From Balanoglossus misakiensis (lineage: Eukaryota > Animalia > Hemichordata), in the NCBI GenBank assembly GCA_040954595.2, contig CM082580.2, positions 300,783 through 364,782 on the forward strand: a DNA stretch of 64,000 bases, given 5' to 3'. This document shows positions 25,316 through 39,000 of the stretch, piece by piece (position 1 is the stretch's first letter; each line of letters begins with the position of its first letter). The translations under genes were made by a program, and so were the position numbers. Below the pieces are notes generated by a model. That model was not told the DNA's origin. It did not search any database and saw only the letters and a list, made by a program, of their open reading frames with translations.

Positions 25316-28300
25316 TAGGTCCCATTTGGTGCAGGTATATGTATTTATACCATGGGACCTTATGGGATCAGTTGCACCTGTATATATGGATGTCTGTATG
25401 GATGTTTGTCTGTATGTCTATCAATATCAAACACTTGGAAACCACTGGCATGTGACCTTGATATTTAGTGTGGAGATGCAGGCAGGGCATTAAGTGGGAG
25501 TTGTCAAAATGAAGTTGTCATTGCCAAAATATGCAAATTAGCTGGGAAAGTGTCAAATTCGTCCAAACTCGGGAACTCGACAACTACTGAGCAAATTGCT
25601 TTCAAAATTGAAAATTGGTATTCCTGTAAGTTATGTTAACCTCACACAGTTCTATATGTCGTGAGCTAATGTGAATTTTCGATTTTTTATGTATTTTTTG
25701 TCTCTTTCCACATTATCGGTAGAAAATCTGCTTTTCTGGAATTGATCAGCTGACTTATTTGAAATTTAGTATGAAGCTTCATAGGTGATCTGAGTTATCA
25801 TAGTTTTGTAAGGTCCCATTTGCTTTACCATGGGACCTTATGATATCGGTGGATGTATGTATGTATGTCTGTATGTCCGTCCACATCACAAACTTGAAAA
25901 CCGCTGGGCATATGACCTCGATATTTGGTGTGTAGATGCAGGCCAGGCTGAAGATTGGAGTTTGTTCAAATGAAGCTGTCATTGCCAAAAATATGCAAAT
26001 TAGCTAGGAAAATGTGAAATTGGTCAAAACTCAAACTCAACAACCACTGGTCACATTCATTTGAAAATCAGTATGCATGTACCTTATGTCTACCTCAAAC
26101 AGTCCTGTATGTTTTGAGCTAATATTATCGATTTTTAATTTTTTATGCCAAAAATCTTTTATGCATTTTTTGTATTATTCCACATTATTGGTAAAGAAAT
26201 CATCATTTCTTAAAGTTATAGGCCTCATTCTTTGAATTTTAGTATGAAGCTTCTAATGGTTGTCTGAGTAACCAAAGTTTTGTTCAAATTGTTGAAAAAT
26301 TTGCATATTTTAATTTTGAGCAATTTTTGCCACTTTTGGTCATTTTTTTTTTCTTTAAAACTGCATGCCAGATTGATTTGGTAGGCATATTCCTAAGGGT
26401 AAACTGAGTAAGATGTTGTAAAAATGTTTTAGTATATATTGTGTTATTGGGGAAGGGGGGGGGGGTTACTCAAACATTTATAACACCCAGCAACTTTTGG
26501 TACTGGCAGGGTTTGTCCTCCAATGATTTCAACATCCTGCTAGGAATACAACCTCTCCTCAACTTTATAAATATAGGGCATGACATTGCAGGTTTTTTGA
26601 GAACGCTGTTTAAAATAACCCTCATCAAGCCTGTTAACTTATTTAGACAGACTATTATCCAGAATGAAACGAAACATGGATGCAATAAAAAGATCTTGTG
26701 CAATAAAAACCAAGTTGATCATAACAATTATTTGCTAAGTACAACATGTACATCACTAATAGAAGTTATGGCTATAAGCATAAACCTGTTTGTTTTGCTA
26801 TCTTCACTATTCATATTATCTGACTATATTAATACATTTGCAAGCATACTGTTTCAGACATAGCGAATTTGATAAACATCTACAAATATATTTTTACCTG
26901 TTGAAGTTATCAAAATCCAGACACTTGACAAAAGGACATTTTTCATCCCCTCTATAGATTGATAGTCTAACATAGCAGGCAATCTGTTTTTAACAACTGC
27001 AGAAGCCTTCATAAAAAGTTGTTGGCCAGAATGAAAGCTTAAGGGGACGTAGGATTTCCTACTTTTTAGGTTATTTTTTCTATGGCCCCAAAAAGCTATG
27101 ACAAAAAATTGATGACCCCCTTGGAATTTATAATTCCCCCCCCCCTATCATACCCTGTCCATATTCTTATAAATGTCAATAAATGCCATACAGTCCTGTA
27201 TGTTTTGTTTTGAGCTAATATTATGAATTTTCTATTTTTATTGTTTTGTCTTTTACTGCATTATTGGTAAAGAAAAATCTTCCTTTCTGAAAGCCATAGT
27301 TTTTGTCCAAATTGCAAATTGTTGTGAAATTGGTATATTTATAATTTTGAGCAATTTTGTAATTTTTGCTCAGAATGCAGATTCCTAGGGGGGTAACCCA
27401 AGTAAGGTGTTGTAAAAGAATTGTTTAAAAAATAAAAATATATTTGTAGATGGTTATCAAATTCGCTGTGTCTGAAAGCGCTTGTCAGATTGCTTTGAAC
27501 TTTGACAGGAATGTTCCTTGTAGTGATTTAAGTAAGATGGTGTACAATTATAGTGATTTTTGCATATTTGTGTTTTTGCCACTTTTGAACAAATGTAGTT
27601 TTGTTTAACCCCCATCTTACCCTATCCATATTCAAATAAATATGAAAAGAAATTTCTCACAGATATTATTTACTTTGATAATACTATCATTTGTGCAACA
27701 ACTAATCAATCAAACAGTCAATAATCATAAATTGGGAGTTCAAAAATATCTATAAGGGAGATTTAAAACCCCGTTAGCAACAACTGTTTGCCATGTTTTC
27801 AGTATTAATGTTTTGTGTAGCTTCTGCAGTTTTTAGGTCCCATATGGTATGTACCATGGGCCTTATGGAATCAGTTGTGTCTGTATTTATGTATGGATGT
27901 ACTGTATTTTCGCGAGTTAAATTTTTCGCGATATCGAGAGAGGCCACTGTTTCGCGAGTATTAATTTTCGCGTTCTCTTATTTCATTCACTGCATCGTTA
28001 TCTTCAAAAACAATTTACGCGACTTTTTATTTTCACGTTATTTTGGCTCTCGCGTATTTGGCGAAAATTAATTGCTCGCGAAAATAAAGTGTTTTACAGT
28101 ATGTCTGTCTGTTTGTATGGATGTATGTCTGTATGTCCGTCCACATCTAAAACTTGAAAACCGTTGTGCATATCACCTCGATATTTGGTGTGCAGATGCA
28201 GGCTGGGCTGTAGATTGGAGTTTGTTAACATGAAAATGTCATTACCAAATATATGCAAATTAGCTGGAAAATGTGAAATTGGTCAAAACTCGCAAAATTC

Positions 28301-29500
28301 AACAACTGCTGGTCAGATTGATTTGGAAATTGGTATGCAAGTACCTTATGCCTACCTCATACAGTCCTGTATGTTTTGAGCTAATTTTGATTTTCTATTT
28401 TTGATGCATTTGTTTGTATTTTTCAACATTATTGGTAAAAAATCTTCATATGAATCTAAAATTACCGTCGAATCATCCAGTGTGAGTTAGCACTGTAATT
28501 AGCAAAAGTTATAAATCCACAGTTACCCAGCAAATTTGATATAATGCTTCACATAGGTATTGGTTTTGAACATCCTTCAGAAAGGGTATGAATATTTTAA
28601 AATTTTTACTGTTGCAACCCAGACTAGTTTATTTCTGAATAAACAGAGAAATGACAACCGGATAGATTATTCTTCTGTACTAAAGACATATGCAGACACA
28701 AGAAATAGTCTGAACATTTTCAGTACATTACTAAAACAGTGTAGGTACATTGTACTATAAACTGAGGAAGATTAGTGACTATTGTTTGCCAAAAATGGTC
28801 CCAAGTCATTTCTCAAGCATAGCAGAATAGTAGCTTTGAGTAGCAAAGTGTGATGATTTAAAATGTAAAAAGACAACACCAATCTCTAGCTCTGCTCTCA
28901 GCACTGCAAAAGTTATCTGACAGGTAGATAGATGTTCAGTCATCCTATGTCTGTCAACATTTTTCTTTTCTGAAATCACTGGCGCAAGTGCTTTTAAAAT
29001 TGGTGTGCAGGTTTCTTGGGGTGGCGAAGTAATGTGTGTTCAAATTGTGTTGAATTCTGCATATTTGTAGTTTGGAACAAGTTTTTTGCTGTTTTTGGAA
29101 GAAAAAAGCTAAGCTCGTAGATTACTTTGACTATGCAGGTTTCTAGGTATGACACAAGTTGTTTCTTCAAAATATGGTGAAATTTGCATATTTGGGGGGA
29201 AATTTTCTCTGAAATTTAGTATTGATCTCCCTGAGGTATGTGACATAATCTGTAATTTTGTATTTTGGAGACAGTTGCCTTTTTGTACAAACAAAAAATC
29301 TTGTCAGAATATGCATGTCTGATTGCCACAGGGGTGATCTACTTTTATTTACATTATAACCGAATCTGTAAAGTTTTCATAATGATCTTTAAAATAGGTA
29401 CGTCTAATTGTTTTGATCTTTGGTATGAATTGTCCCTTGGTGATCTTAGTCAATGCTTTTGAAATTCCGCTGAATATTGCATTATTATTTTGTCTGAGTC
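25316..29500 (+). mobile_element. Further Helentron/DINE-1-like element cluster
   Basis: aggtcccat...atgggaccttat starts at ~25318, ~25811 and ~27835, with (GTAT)n tracts and the shared core aaacttgaaaaccgctgggcatat...tgcaaattagct. Confidence 0.6.
27902..28101. mobile_element. TA-flanked CGCG-rich MITE (family also at ~52660-52846, 55464-55670, ~55901-56100, ~56144-56350)
   Basis: Ends tactgta...ttttacagta with ttttcgcg subrepeats. It is nearly the reverse complement of 55464-55670 and sits inside a GTAT microsatellite. Confidence 0.7.
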
Positions 29501-29790
29501 TGAAGAGTAGTCATCATCTCTGAAACCCCTTGACCTAAGTCAGGTGTCAAATAGTACAATTTGCAGATTTGTTGCATTGGAGATATTGTTGCAGTTTTTG
29601 AAATTCAAGATGGCTGCCAATGTCTGTGTTAACTCTATGGAAAAACATTTATGTAAATACTTTTCTGAAAACAAGGCGGTGAACATCACATTTTTGTTTA
29701 CAAACAGTAATAGAAATAGCTATCATTGTTTCTGAAAATCCTAACTTGTAGGATTCTTTTTCAATCTCTGGCATCAGCAGAGACAATTAA

Positions 29791-30523
29791 GGTGGCATTG
29801 CATGAAAAGTTGTGATTTTTGCCAAATTTTACTTTTTTACATAAATCGGTAGGCCTAATACTCACCCACATCCTGACTAATACGTCTTGGCGGAAATGGT
29901 GCACAATCACCCCCATATAGCACTTTTCTGAATGAGTTCACAGCTTAACAAATAGGTGTCAACAATGCAAATGGCCGTTTTTCTCGGTTTGCATTTTCGC
30001 TGCTTTTGACAACTTCGGACTAAAATAGCTTCGCCCTGCATTGGCCGAATTTGCTCAAATTTTGACAGGGAATTGTGTATGACCCATCCAACAAAACGCT
30101 AGTTTTGTATGTCGATAAAGTGTCCCTGGCGGGAATAAACTCTGATTCAATACAACTCACCGTGAATTTGATCAAATTTTCAGAAAATCTAACTTTCAAA
30201 CGCTGTTACTCCTCAATGGAAGCAGATAACGCAAAACAAAATTAGCGTTTTTTTGCACGTGTACTTTAGTTTCGAATGACATATTAAGATGCATGATGCA
30301 TGGTCAACTTTTTTACCTATTTTAAATTTCATGACATAATATCAAAAAATGGGTTTTTTCGCCCAAAATCGCCACCATTTCCGGGGATCAATAATATTTG
30401 CAACTCAAACAAAAGTTCAAAATCTCAGCTTCCAGAATATATATGGTTTATGGGGGTTTAAACTTTGTCTTTGATGAGAAATAGGCCTCTGAAAAAGTCT
30501 CGACGGTTTCATGCAGTGCCACC
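29791..30523. mobile_element. Kolobok-type non-autonomous element, TTAA TSD
   Basis: ttaa|ggtggcattgcatgaaa...tttcatgcagtgccacc|ttaa. Confidence 0.8.
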
Positions 30524-32355
30524 TTAAACAACTCTATAAAAAGTCTTATTGCTTAGTACTGGCACGAGGTGGTAAAAAGATGTGCAGCTTTTGACTTATT
30601 ACAGGCTTACACTTTGTTAGTAATATGAGTCCCTATTGGTATTGTGCTGGGTTTTTAGGAGCTTGGGCCCCATTCCCTGGATATTTTTTACACCTTGCTC
30701 TGAAAACCTGCCACACCTATGCTTCTTGAATTTGTCACAGTTGTCCTTGCCAATGAGTGTGCACCTTGAAATTCAAATCAGTCATTTGACCTGGCAGCCA
30801 TATTCAGTTGAAATTGTTAAATAAATGCAAATTAGCTGGGAAAATTTGAAATTGGTCAAAACCACTGGTCAGATTGATTTGACAATTGGTATGCAAGTAC
30901 CTTATGTCAACCACATACAGTCCTGTATTTTGAATAGTTTGAATGTTCTATTTTTATGCATTTTTTGCCTTTTTCCTCATTTTTGGTAAAACATCTACTT
31001 TTCTAAAATTGATGAGACGACTTCTTTGAAATTTAGTATGAAGCTTCATATAGGTGATATGAGTTAGCATACTTTTGTTAAAATGTTGCAAAATTTGCAT
31101 ATTCATAATTTTGGAGCAATTTCGGCCGTTTTTGAATTTTTTTTTTAAACCGGTTGTTACATTGCTTTGAAATTTGTTAGTCATATTAGGGGTAGCCCAA
31201 GTAAGATTTGCATGTATGTTTTTCAAATCAACTTGATGAATTGAATAGTATATTTTTGGGATGATTTTTGCCATTTTTGGTCAAAACTCTTCTCAGAACC
31301 CCCCACAGTACGTGAAATATCCCATGAATCACTCTGGTTTGTACAACCAGAGATTACTCGGTCAAACCAGGCAAAGTTCACATGTGTAGAGAAAATTGTA
31401 GACCACTAATACAAATTTTGAGAGCATGCTTTAAAGGCGAATCTTATTGTCAATTACCATTTCAAATGATAAACAAAATCATGCATTATTGAAAGAGGAG
31501 ATACAAATTTTATAAAATAAGCAATTGCATAGCCAGCCGATACAAAAAAGTTTGAAGTAAAACAGGGACACTTGAAACACTTGTTTAATCAAACAAAACA
31601 ATATTGATTTTTTTCTATAGACAGAACAATGGAAATTTACATGTTGACTTTCAACAGAGACTGGCCACCTCAGTTAGTCATTGCTTCTTTCCTCCTAAGT
31701 GTGACATTTGACGTACATGAATGAATACTTTGATTTCTATGGCTTTTAAATCTTGATTTTGAAATTTTCACTCTAATTCCTCAACATACTTTTTCTAGAT
31801 AAATCTTAATACAGTTATATGTACTTCATATCATTGTTAGTATCTAAAACAGAAAGTAATTAAATGGACAATCTCGATGATACAAATCATGGAGAGTTGT
31901 GGGTAAAATATCGTACTGTGCCCCCTTTACCCCCACTGCTTTGAAATTTGATTTGAAGGTTTCAGGGTTTGTTCTCATGATAATTTACAGATTGATTTGA
32001 CAATTGGTATGCAAGTACCTTTTGTCAACCACATACAATCCTGTATTTTTTTAACTAATAGTTTGAATGTTCTATTTTATGCATTTTTTGCCTTTTTCCT
32101 CATTTGTGGTAAAAAAAATTTAGTATGAAGCTTCATGTAGGTGATATGAGTTACAATACTTTTGTTGAAATGTTGCAAAATTTGCATATTGATAATTTTG
32201 GAGCAATTTCAGCCTTGTTTAATTAATTTTTTTTCTCTAAAACCGCTTGTTCCATTGCTTTAAAATTTGTTAGTCATGTTAGGGGTAGCTCAAGTAAGAT
32301 TTGCATGTATGTTTTTCAAATCAACTTGATGAATTGAATAGTATATTTTTGGGGG

Positions 32356-32650
32356 ATCAAATCAAATCAAATCAAAACAAACATTTATAAAGCGCCAGAA
32401 TCAATAACAATGTTATTTCCAAAGGCGCTGAAAGTATAACATCAGTGTTCGTAGGCTTTGACAAATAGAAATGTCTTGAGTTTTTGTTTGAAAATGTTGA
32501 GACTAGAAGCCTGTTGAATGTCAGATGGCAGAGATTCCAAAGTTGTGGCGCGACAAGGGAAAAGGCACATCCACCATATGTTTTGAGTCTGTACTTTGGT
32601 ACACACAACTGGTTCCTTGAGCTGGAGCGCAGAGCCCGACTAGGCTTATA
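32356..32650 (-). mobile_element. 5'-truncated LINE 3' end (CR1/L2-group) with (TTTGA)n tail
   Basis: Minus strand reads YKPSRALRSSSRNQLCVPKYRLKTYGGCAFSLVAPQLWN, then shifts frame to LPSDIQQASSLNIFKQKLKTFL, the typical C-terminus of CR1/L2 ORF2. Microsatellite tail atcaaatcaaatcaaatcaaa at 32356-32375. Confidence 0.8.
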
Positions 32651-33431
32651 TGATTTTTGATTTGATTTGGTTTCAGGGTGATTTCTCATGATGATTTACA
32701 AAACCTATGACTGATTACTTTGAAATTTGAGTAGGAAGTTAATTGGATGTGTTTGTTTAGATAATGGAATCAAATAAAGTTATTCATTCTTCACCTTCAT
32801 TCTTCACCTCATTTCATTTATTGGCTGGTTTGTCTATTGTATCAGGGAAGAGTACTTGCCATCCCACCCCACCGATGCAAACTTTGAGTGGCAAAAGTAA
32901 AATTTGTCGTAACATTGAGTTAATTTGCTTTTGGGCTCACTAAAATGCAACTTTGAGCTCTGTATTTGTACAAAATTTTCATTAATTGGCTGGTTTGTCT
33001 ATTGTACCAGGCCAGCATACATAAGATCAAGATGTTTTCGGGGCTGGGGGGGGCATCATATTTTATTGCCTCTCTATGTGTGTGTCTGTCTGTCTGTACT
33101 CCTGTGTAGACTTTTTCTAGTGTAATCACTAAATGAGACCACAGTGTCCTTGACGCTATTTTTTGCGATTTTCAATGACCCTGGGGTAACCTTTGACCAG
33201 CTTTCATATATCTTGGTATTCACAGCAGAATACAGCCTTGGCATACCCTGGTAACCATGGGAACCGTTTGGGCCCAACCAATGGTGCTGGCAGCGTTAAT
33301 TTTTAAATGATTTCTTCTTGTCGTTTTCTTTATCAATATGATGACTTGACCTAATCAGATTATTAAAATAATTTCATTCTTTTTTTACATTAGGTTCTTT
33401 GGTAACACTGCTGCTGGAGGGAGTGTAATAT

Positions 33432-34140
33432 TTGTAACGACGTCGCCACCTAATACTGTACTGGAGGTATGAACTTAAACTTGTAACGACGCCGCCACCT
33501 AATACTGTACTGGAGAGATGAAGTTAATACTTGTAACGACGCCGCCACCTAATACTGTACTGGAGAGATGAACTTAATACTTGTAACGACGCCGCCACCT
33601 AATACTGTACTGGAGAGATGAAGTTAATACTTGTAACGACGCCGCCACCTAATACTGTACTGGAGAGATGAAGTTAATACTTGTAACGACGCCGCCACCT
33701 AATACTGTACTGGAGAGATGAAGTTAATACTTGTAACGACGCCGCCACCTAATACTGTACTGGAGAGATGAAGTTAATACTTGTAACGACGCCGCCACCT
33801 AATACTGTACTGGAGAGATGAAGTTAATACTTGTAACGACGCCGCCACCTAATACTGTACTGGAGAGATGAAGTTAATACTTGTAACGACGCCGCCACCT
33901 AATACTGTACTGGAGGGATGAACTTAAACTTGTAACGACGCCGCCACCTAATACTGTACTGGAGAGATGAAGTTAATACTTGTAACGACGCCGCCACCTA
34001 ATACTGTACTGGAGAGATGAAGTTAATACTTGTAACGCCGCCGCCACCTAATACTGTACTGGAGAGATGAACTTAATACTTGTAACGACGCCGCCACCTT
34101 ATACTGTACTGGAGGGATGAACTTAAACCTGTAACGACGC
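33432..34140. repeat. 50-bp minisatellite, ~14 copies
   Basis: Unit ttgtaacgacgccgccacctaatactgtactggagagatgaagttaatac, near-identical and head-to-tail, with no spacers. Confidence 0.95.
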
Positions 34141-34937
34141 CAGATGATGCTCCTGTGACCAGAGGGATGAACGACGCCATGATTTGTTGATCTGATCTAA
34201 TAAATAATATTCATTCTTTTTTTTCAATAGGTTCATTGGTATTATCATCGCCGGAGGGAGTCTAATCAATATCTACAACAACGCCGCACCAGATAACAAT
34301 ATCAAAACCAGAGGGATGCTGTCAATAGGTTAGGCTAATAAAAATGGTTTAATCTGAGGGAATGGTAAAGGGTTGGTGTATGAATATGTTAGGGTAATAA
34401 AAAATGGTATAATCTAACGGAATGGTGAAGGGTTGGTGTATAAACAGGTTAGGCTAATAAAAATGGTATAATCTAATGAAATGGTGAAGGGTTGGTGTAT
34501 GATGACTAATAAGACATTGTGCACAAGGGTACTATAATAAAACTGTCTGCAAGGGTATAATATTATGGTTTCAAGGGTATGATAAGTAATTAAAATACTA
34601 TAAAAACATGAGTAATGCCACGTGGTAAATAAAAACTGTACATGTACAGAGGGTAAATACCGGTATAATATATAAAGATGTTAACATCAATGGTGTAATA
34701 ATAAAAAAAATGGGTAACACATGGTTTTGGTGGTATAATAATAATAAAATGGTATTAACTTGATGGTATAAACATTATGGGATGTGTATAAACGGTGTTA
34801 ATATTACAAAGGTATAATGATTAGTTGGGGTGTAATAATAAGAAATTTAAAATCATTGGGTAATTTATTAGTGTCAGGTTGGGTAAAATAATTGTTGCTA
34901 TGCATTCGTGTAATAATTGTCTGCGGATTTTTTGCAG

Positions 34938-35121
34938 CGTTACCCGCGTTCGCGTTCTTCATTGCAGGTCGCTCGTCATGTAATGGAATTTCGCCGTGTG
35001 CCCGTTTGATTCGCCGATGGATTTTTTACAACGTTACCCGCGTTCGCGTTCTTCATCGCAGTTGGATCGTCGTGTAATGGAATTTCGCCGTGTGCCCGTT
35101 TGATTCGCCGATGGATTTTTT
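34938..35121. repeat. CpG-rich ~95-bp tandem duplication
   Basis: cgttacccgcgttcgcgttcttcat...gtaatggaatttcgccgtgtgcccgtttgattcgccgatggattttt occurs twice. Confidence 0.8.
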
Positions 35122-36062
35122 GCTTTCGTCATCGTAATTCCCGCATCAACACGAATCCTCAATCTCGCGTAACAACAATACATCAAAATGTACACAGAAA
35201 AATAGGAGTCGGCAAGACAATTCTGGTTAGTTTGAGCCCCAACCTTTTAAAATTCACAACGGGGGAGGGGGCAGTTTTTCCTCATTTTATATTTGGCTCG
35301 AGGTTTTTAACTGTCCCCAGGCGCGTAAAGTTAGTTAGTTTATCACACAGTATGTAATTATCTTGCTTGATTTAAAAAAACACTAACATTGTATGGGGGA
35401 GCTTCTTGCGATTTGCACTTAAGAAACTGATGGTTTGTACCCATAGATAATATTTAGTATTAAGCACATAATTGCCTGGAAATAAAAATTAACTCAAGGG
35501 TAGAATGCAACAGTTAATTTTGTGCAATATCAACAGGAGCTATTTTGGCACATTATTTCAGTTTGATAAACACTGTTTTTGCTCATTGTTTCATTTCGAC
35601 CACATTATTTCAGTTTGATAAACACTGTTTTTGCTTATTGTTTCATTTCAACCACTTTTGTCACCTTGTTTTAAATTGAATGCAAGCATTGTTTCTGTTT
35701 GACCACTACTTGGGGTAATTGTTCCAAATTGGTATGCAAGATATTTTACATCAGCAGTTAGCCATCTAGCCACACTTTAGCTGCACAGCATATGAAAAAT
35801 AATGAAATTCATGCAAAAAGCAAAAAAGTATTATGGGTATAATGCCATTGCAGCATTGGCGGTTCGACTCCGTCGATACTTACTTTGAAGCATAAGTCTT
35901 CATTATTTTTCATATGTAATAAATAAAACTCTTCCAAATTCATATCTTTGTTTTAAGTTTGTGCTTTTGCTTCAGTTAGGGGGCCCACATTTACCAAACC
36001 TGTCTTGCCATCTTTTCACATTTCTTCAAATATGCAGTGCCAGCGGTAGGCAGTATTTGATC

Positions 36063-39000
36063 AAATTGACCCACAAATCACTCAAAATTAATAGGCAGGA
36101 TACTGTCCACTCTGGCCTGGTTACTGTCTGGCCTGCTTAATGTTGACGCAAAGGTTGACCCCACCAAACACTCAAAATTAATGGGCAGCACACTGTCCAC
36201 TACGGCCTGGTTACTGTGTGCTCTGGTTAATGTTGACGCAAAGGTTGACCCCACCAAACACTCAAAATTAATGGGCAGAACACTGTCCACTATGGCCTGG
36301 TTACTGTGTGCTCTGGTTAATGTTGACGCAAAGGTTGACCCCACCAAACACTCAAAATTAATGGGCAGAACACTGTCCACTACGGCCTGGTTATTGTGTG
36401 CTCTGGTTAATGTTGACGCAAAGGTTGACCCCACCAAACACTCAAAATTAATGGGCAGAACACTGTCCACTACGGCCTGGTTATTGTGTGCTCTGGTTAA
36501 TGTTGACGCAAAGGTTGACGCCACCAAACACTCAAAATCAATGGGCAGCATACTGTCCACTATGGCCTGGTTACTGTGTGCTCTGGTTAATGTTGACGCA
36601 AAGGTTGACCCCACCAAACACTCAAAATTAATGGGCAGAACACTGTCCACTACGGCCTGGTTACTGTGTGCTCTGGTTAATGTTGACGCAAAGGTTGACC
36701 CCACCAAACACTCAAAATTAATGGGCAGGATACTGGCCACTCTGGCCTAGTTAATGTTGACGCAAAGGTTGACCCCCACCAAACACTCAAAATTAATGGG
36801 CACGATACTGGCCACTCTGGCCTAGTTAATGTTGACGCAAAGGTTGACCCCACCAAACACTCAAAATTAATGGGCAGCACACTGTCCACTACGGCCTGGT
36901 TACTGTGTGCTCTGGTTAATGTTGACGCAAAGGTTGACCACACCAAACACTCAAAATTAATGGGCAGAACACTGTCCACTATGGCCTGGTTACTGTGTGC
37001 TCTGGTTAATGTTGACGCAAAGGTTGACCCCACCAAACACTCAAAATCAATGGGCAGCATACTGTCCACTATGGCCTGGTTACTGTGTGCTCTGGTTAAT
37101 GTTGACGCAAAGGTTGACCCCACCAAACACTCAAAATTAATGGGCAGAACACTGTCCACTACGGCCTGGTTACTGTGTGCTCTGGTTAATGTTGACGCAA
37201 AGGTTGACCCCACCAAACACTCAAAATTAATGGGCAGAACACTGTCCACTACGGCCTGGTTACTGTGTGCTCTGGTTAATGTTGACGCAAAGGTTGACCC
37301 CACCAAACACTCAAAATTAATGGGCAGAACACTGTCCACTATGGCCTGGTTACTGTGTGCTCTGGTTAATGTTGACGCAAAGGTTGACCCCACCAAACAC
37401 TCAAAATTAATGGGCAGAACACTGTCCACTACGGCCTGGTTACTGTGTGCTCTGGTTAATGTTGACGCAAAGGTTGACCCCACCAAACACTCAAAATTAA
37501 TGGGCAGAACACTGTCCACTACGGCCTGGTTACTGTGTGCTCTGGTTAATGTTGACGCAAAGGTTGACCCCACCAAACACTCAAAATTAATGGGCAGAAC
37601 ACTGTCCACTATGGCCTGGTTACTGTGTGCTCTGGTTAATGTTGACGCAAAGGTTGACCCCACCAAACACTCAAAATTAATGGGCAGCACACTGTCCACT
37701 AAGGCCTGGTTACTGTGTGCTCTGGTTAATGTTGACGCAAAGGTTGACCCCACCAAACACTCAAAATTAATGGGCAGAACACTGTCCACTACGGCCTGGT
37801 TACTGTGTGCTCTGGTTAATGTTGACGCAAAGGTTGACCCCCACCAAACACTCAAAATTAATGGGCACGATACTGGCCACTCTGGCCTAGTTAATGTTGA
37901 CGCAAAGGTTGACCCCACCAAACACTCAAAATCAATGGGCAGCATACTGTCCACTATGGCCTGGTTACTGTGTGCTCTGGTTAATGTTGACGCAAAGGTT
38001 GACCCCACCAAACACTCAAAATTAATGGGCAGCACACTGTCCACTACGGCCTGGTTACTGTGTGCTCTGGTTAATGTTGATGCAAAGGTTGACCCCACCA
38101 AACACTCAAAATTAATGGGCAGAACACTGTCCACTATGGCCTGGTTACTGTGTGCTCTGGTTAATGTTGATGCAAAGGTTGACCCCACCAAACACTCAAA
38201 ATTAATGGGCAGGATACTGGCCACTCTGGCCTAGTTAATGTTGACGCAAAGGTTGACCCCCACCAAACACTCAAAATTAATGGGCACGATACTGGCCACT
38301 CTGGCCTAGTTAATGTTGACGCAAAGGTTGACCCCACCAAACACTCAAAATTAATGGGCAGCACACTGTCCACTACGGCCTGGTTACTGTGTGCTCTGGT
38401 TAATGTTGACGCAAAGGTTGACCCCACCAAACACTCAAAATTAATGGGCAGAACACTGTCCACTATGGCCTGGTTACTGTGTGCTCTGGTTAATGTTGAC
38501 GCAAAGGTTGACCCCACCAAACACTCAAAATTAATGGGCAGAACACTGTCCACTACGGCCTGGTTATTGTGTGCTCTGGTTAATGTTGACGCAAAGGTTG
38601 ACGCCACCAAACACTCAAAATCAATGGGCAGCATACTGTCCACTATGGCCTGGTTACTGTGTGCTCTGGTTAATGTTGACGCAAAGGTTGACCCCACCAA
38701 ACACTCAAAATTAATGGGCAGAACACTGTCCACTACGGCCTGGTTACTGTGTGCTCTGGTTAATGTTGACGCAAAGGTTGACCCCACCAAACACTCAAAA
38801 TTAATGGGCAGAACACTGTCCACTACGGCCTGGTTACTGTGTGCTCTGGTTAATGTTGACGCAAAGGTTGACCCCACCAAACACTCAAAATTAATGGGCA
38901 GAACACTGTCCACTACGGCCTGGTTACTGTGTGCTCTGGTTAATGTTGACGCAAAGGTTGACCCCACCAAACACTCAAAATTAATGGGCAGAACACTGTC

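Larger units (their letters stand above)
15543..27600. repeat. Diverged direct segmental duplication: ~15543-19420 and ~22028-27600
   Basis: Collinear homology from agagct.ctatgactggttactaac onward. Paired ORFs 17522/24797. Copy-specific insertions in each copy. Confidence 0.85.

Noticed and set aside
21388-26863. 140-aa ORFs at 21388 and 26441
   Set aside because: They lie in or next to degenerate HINE repeats, have AT-driven composition, and show no domain or splice support.
33432-34140. CRISPR-like array
   Set aside because: Units are contiguous 50-mers with no unique spacers; there are no cas genes and the context is eukaryotic.
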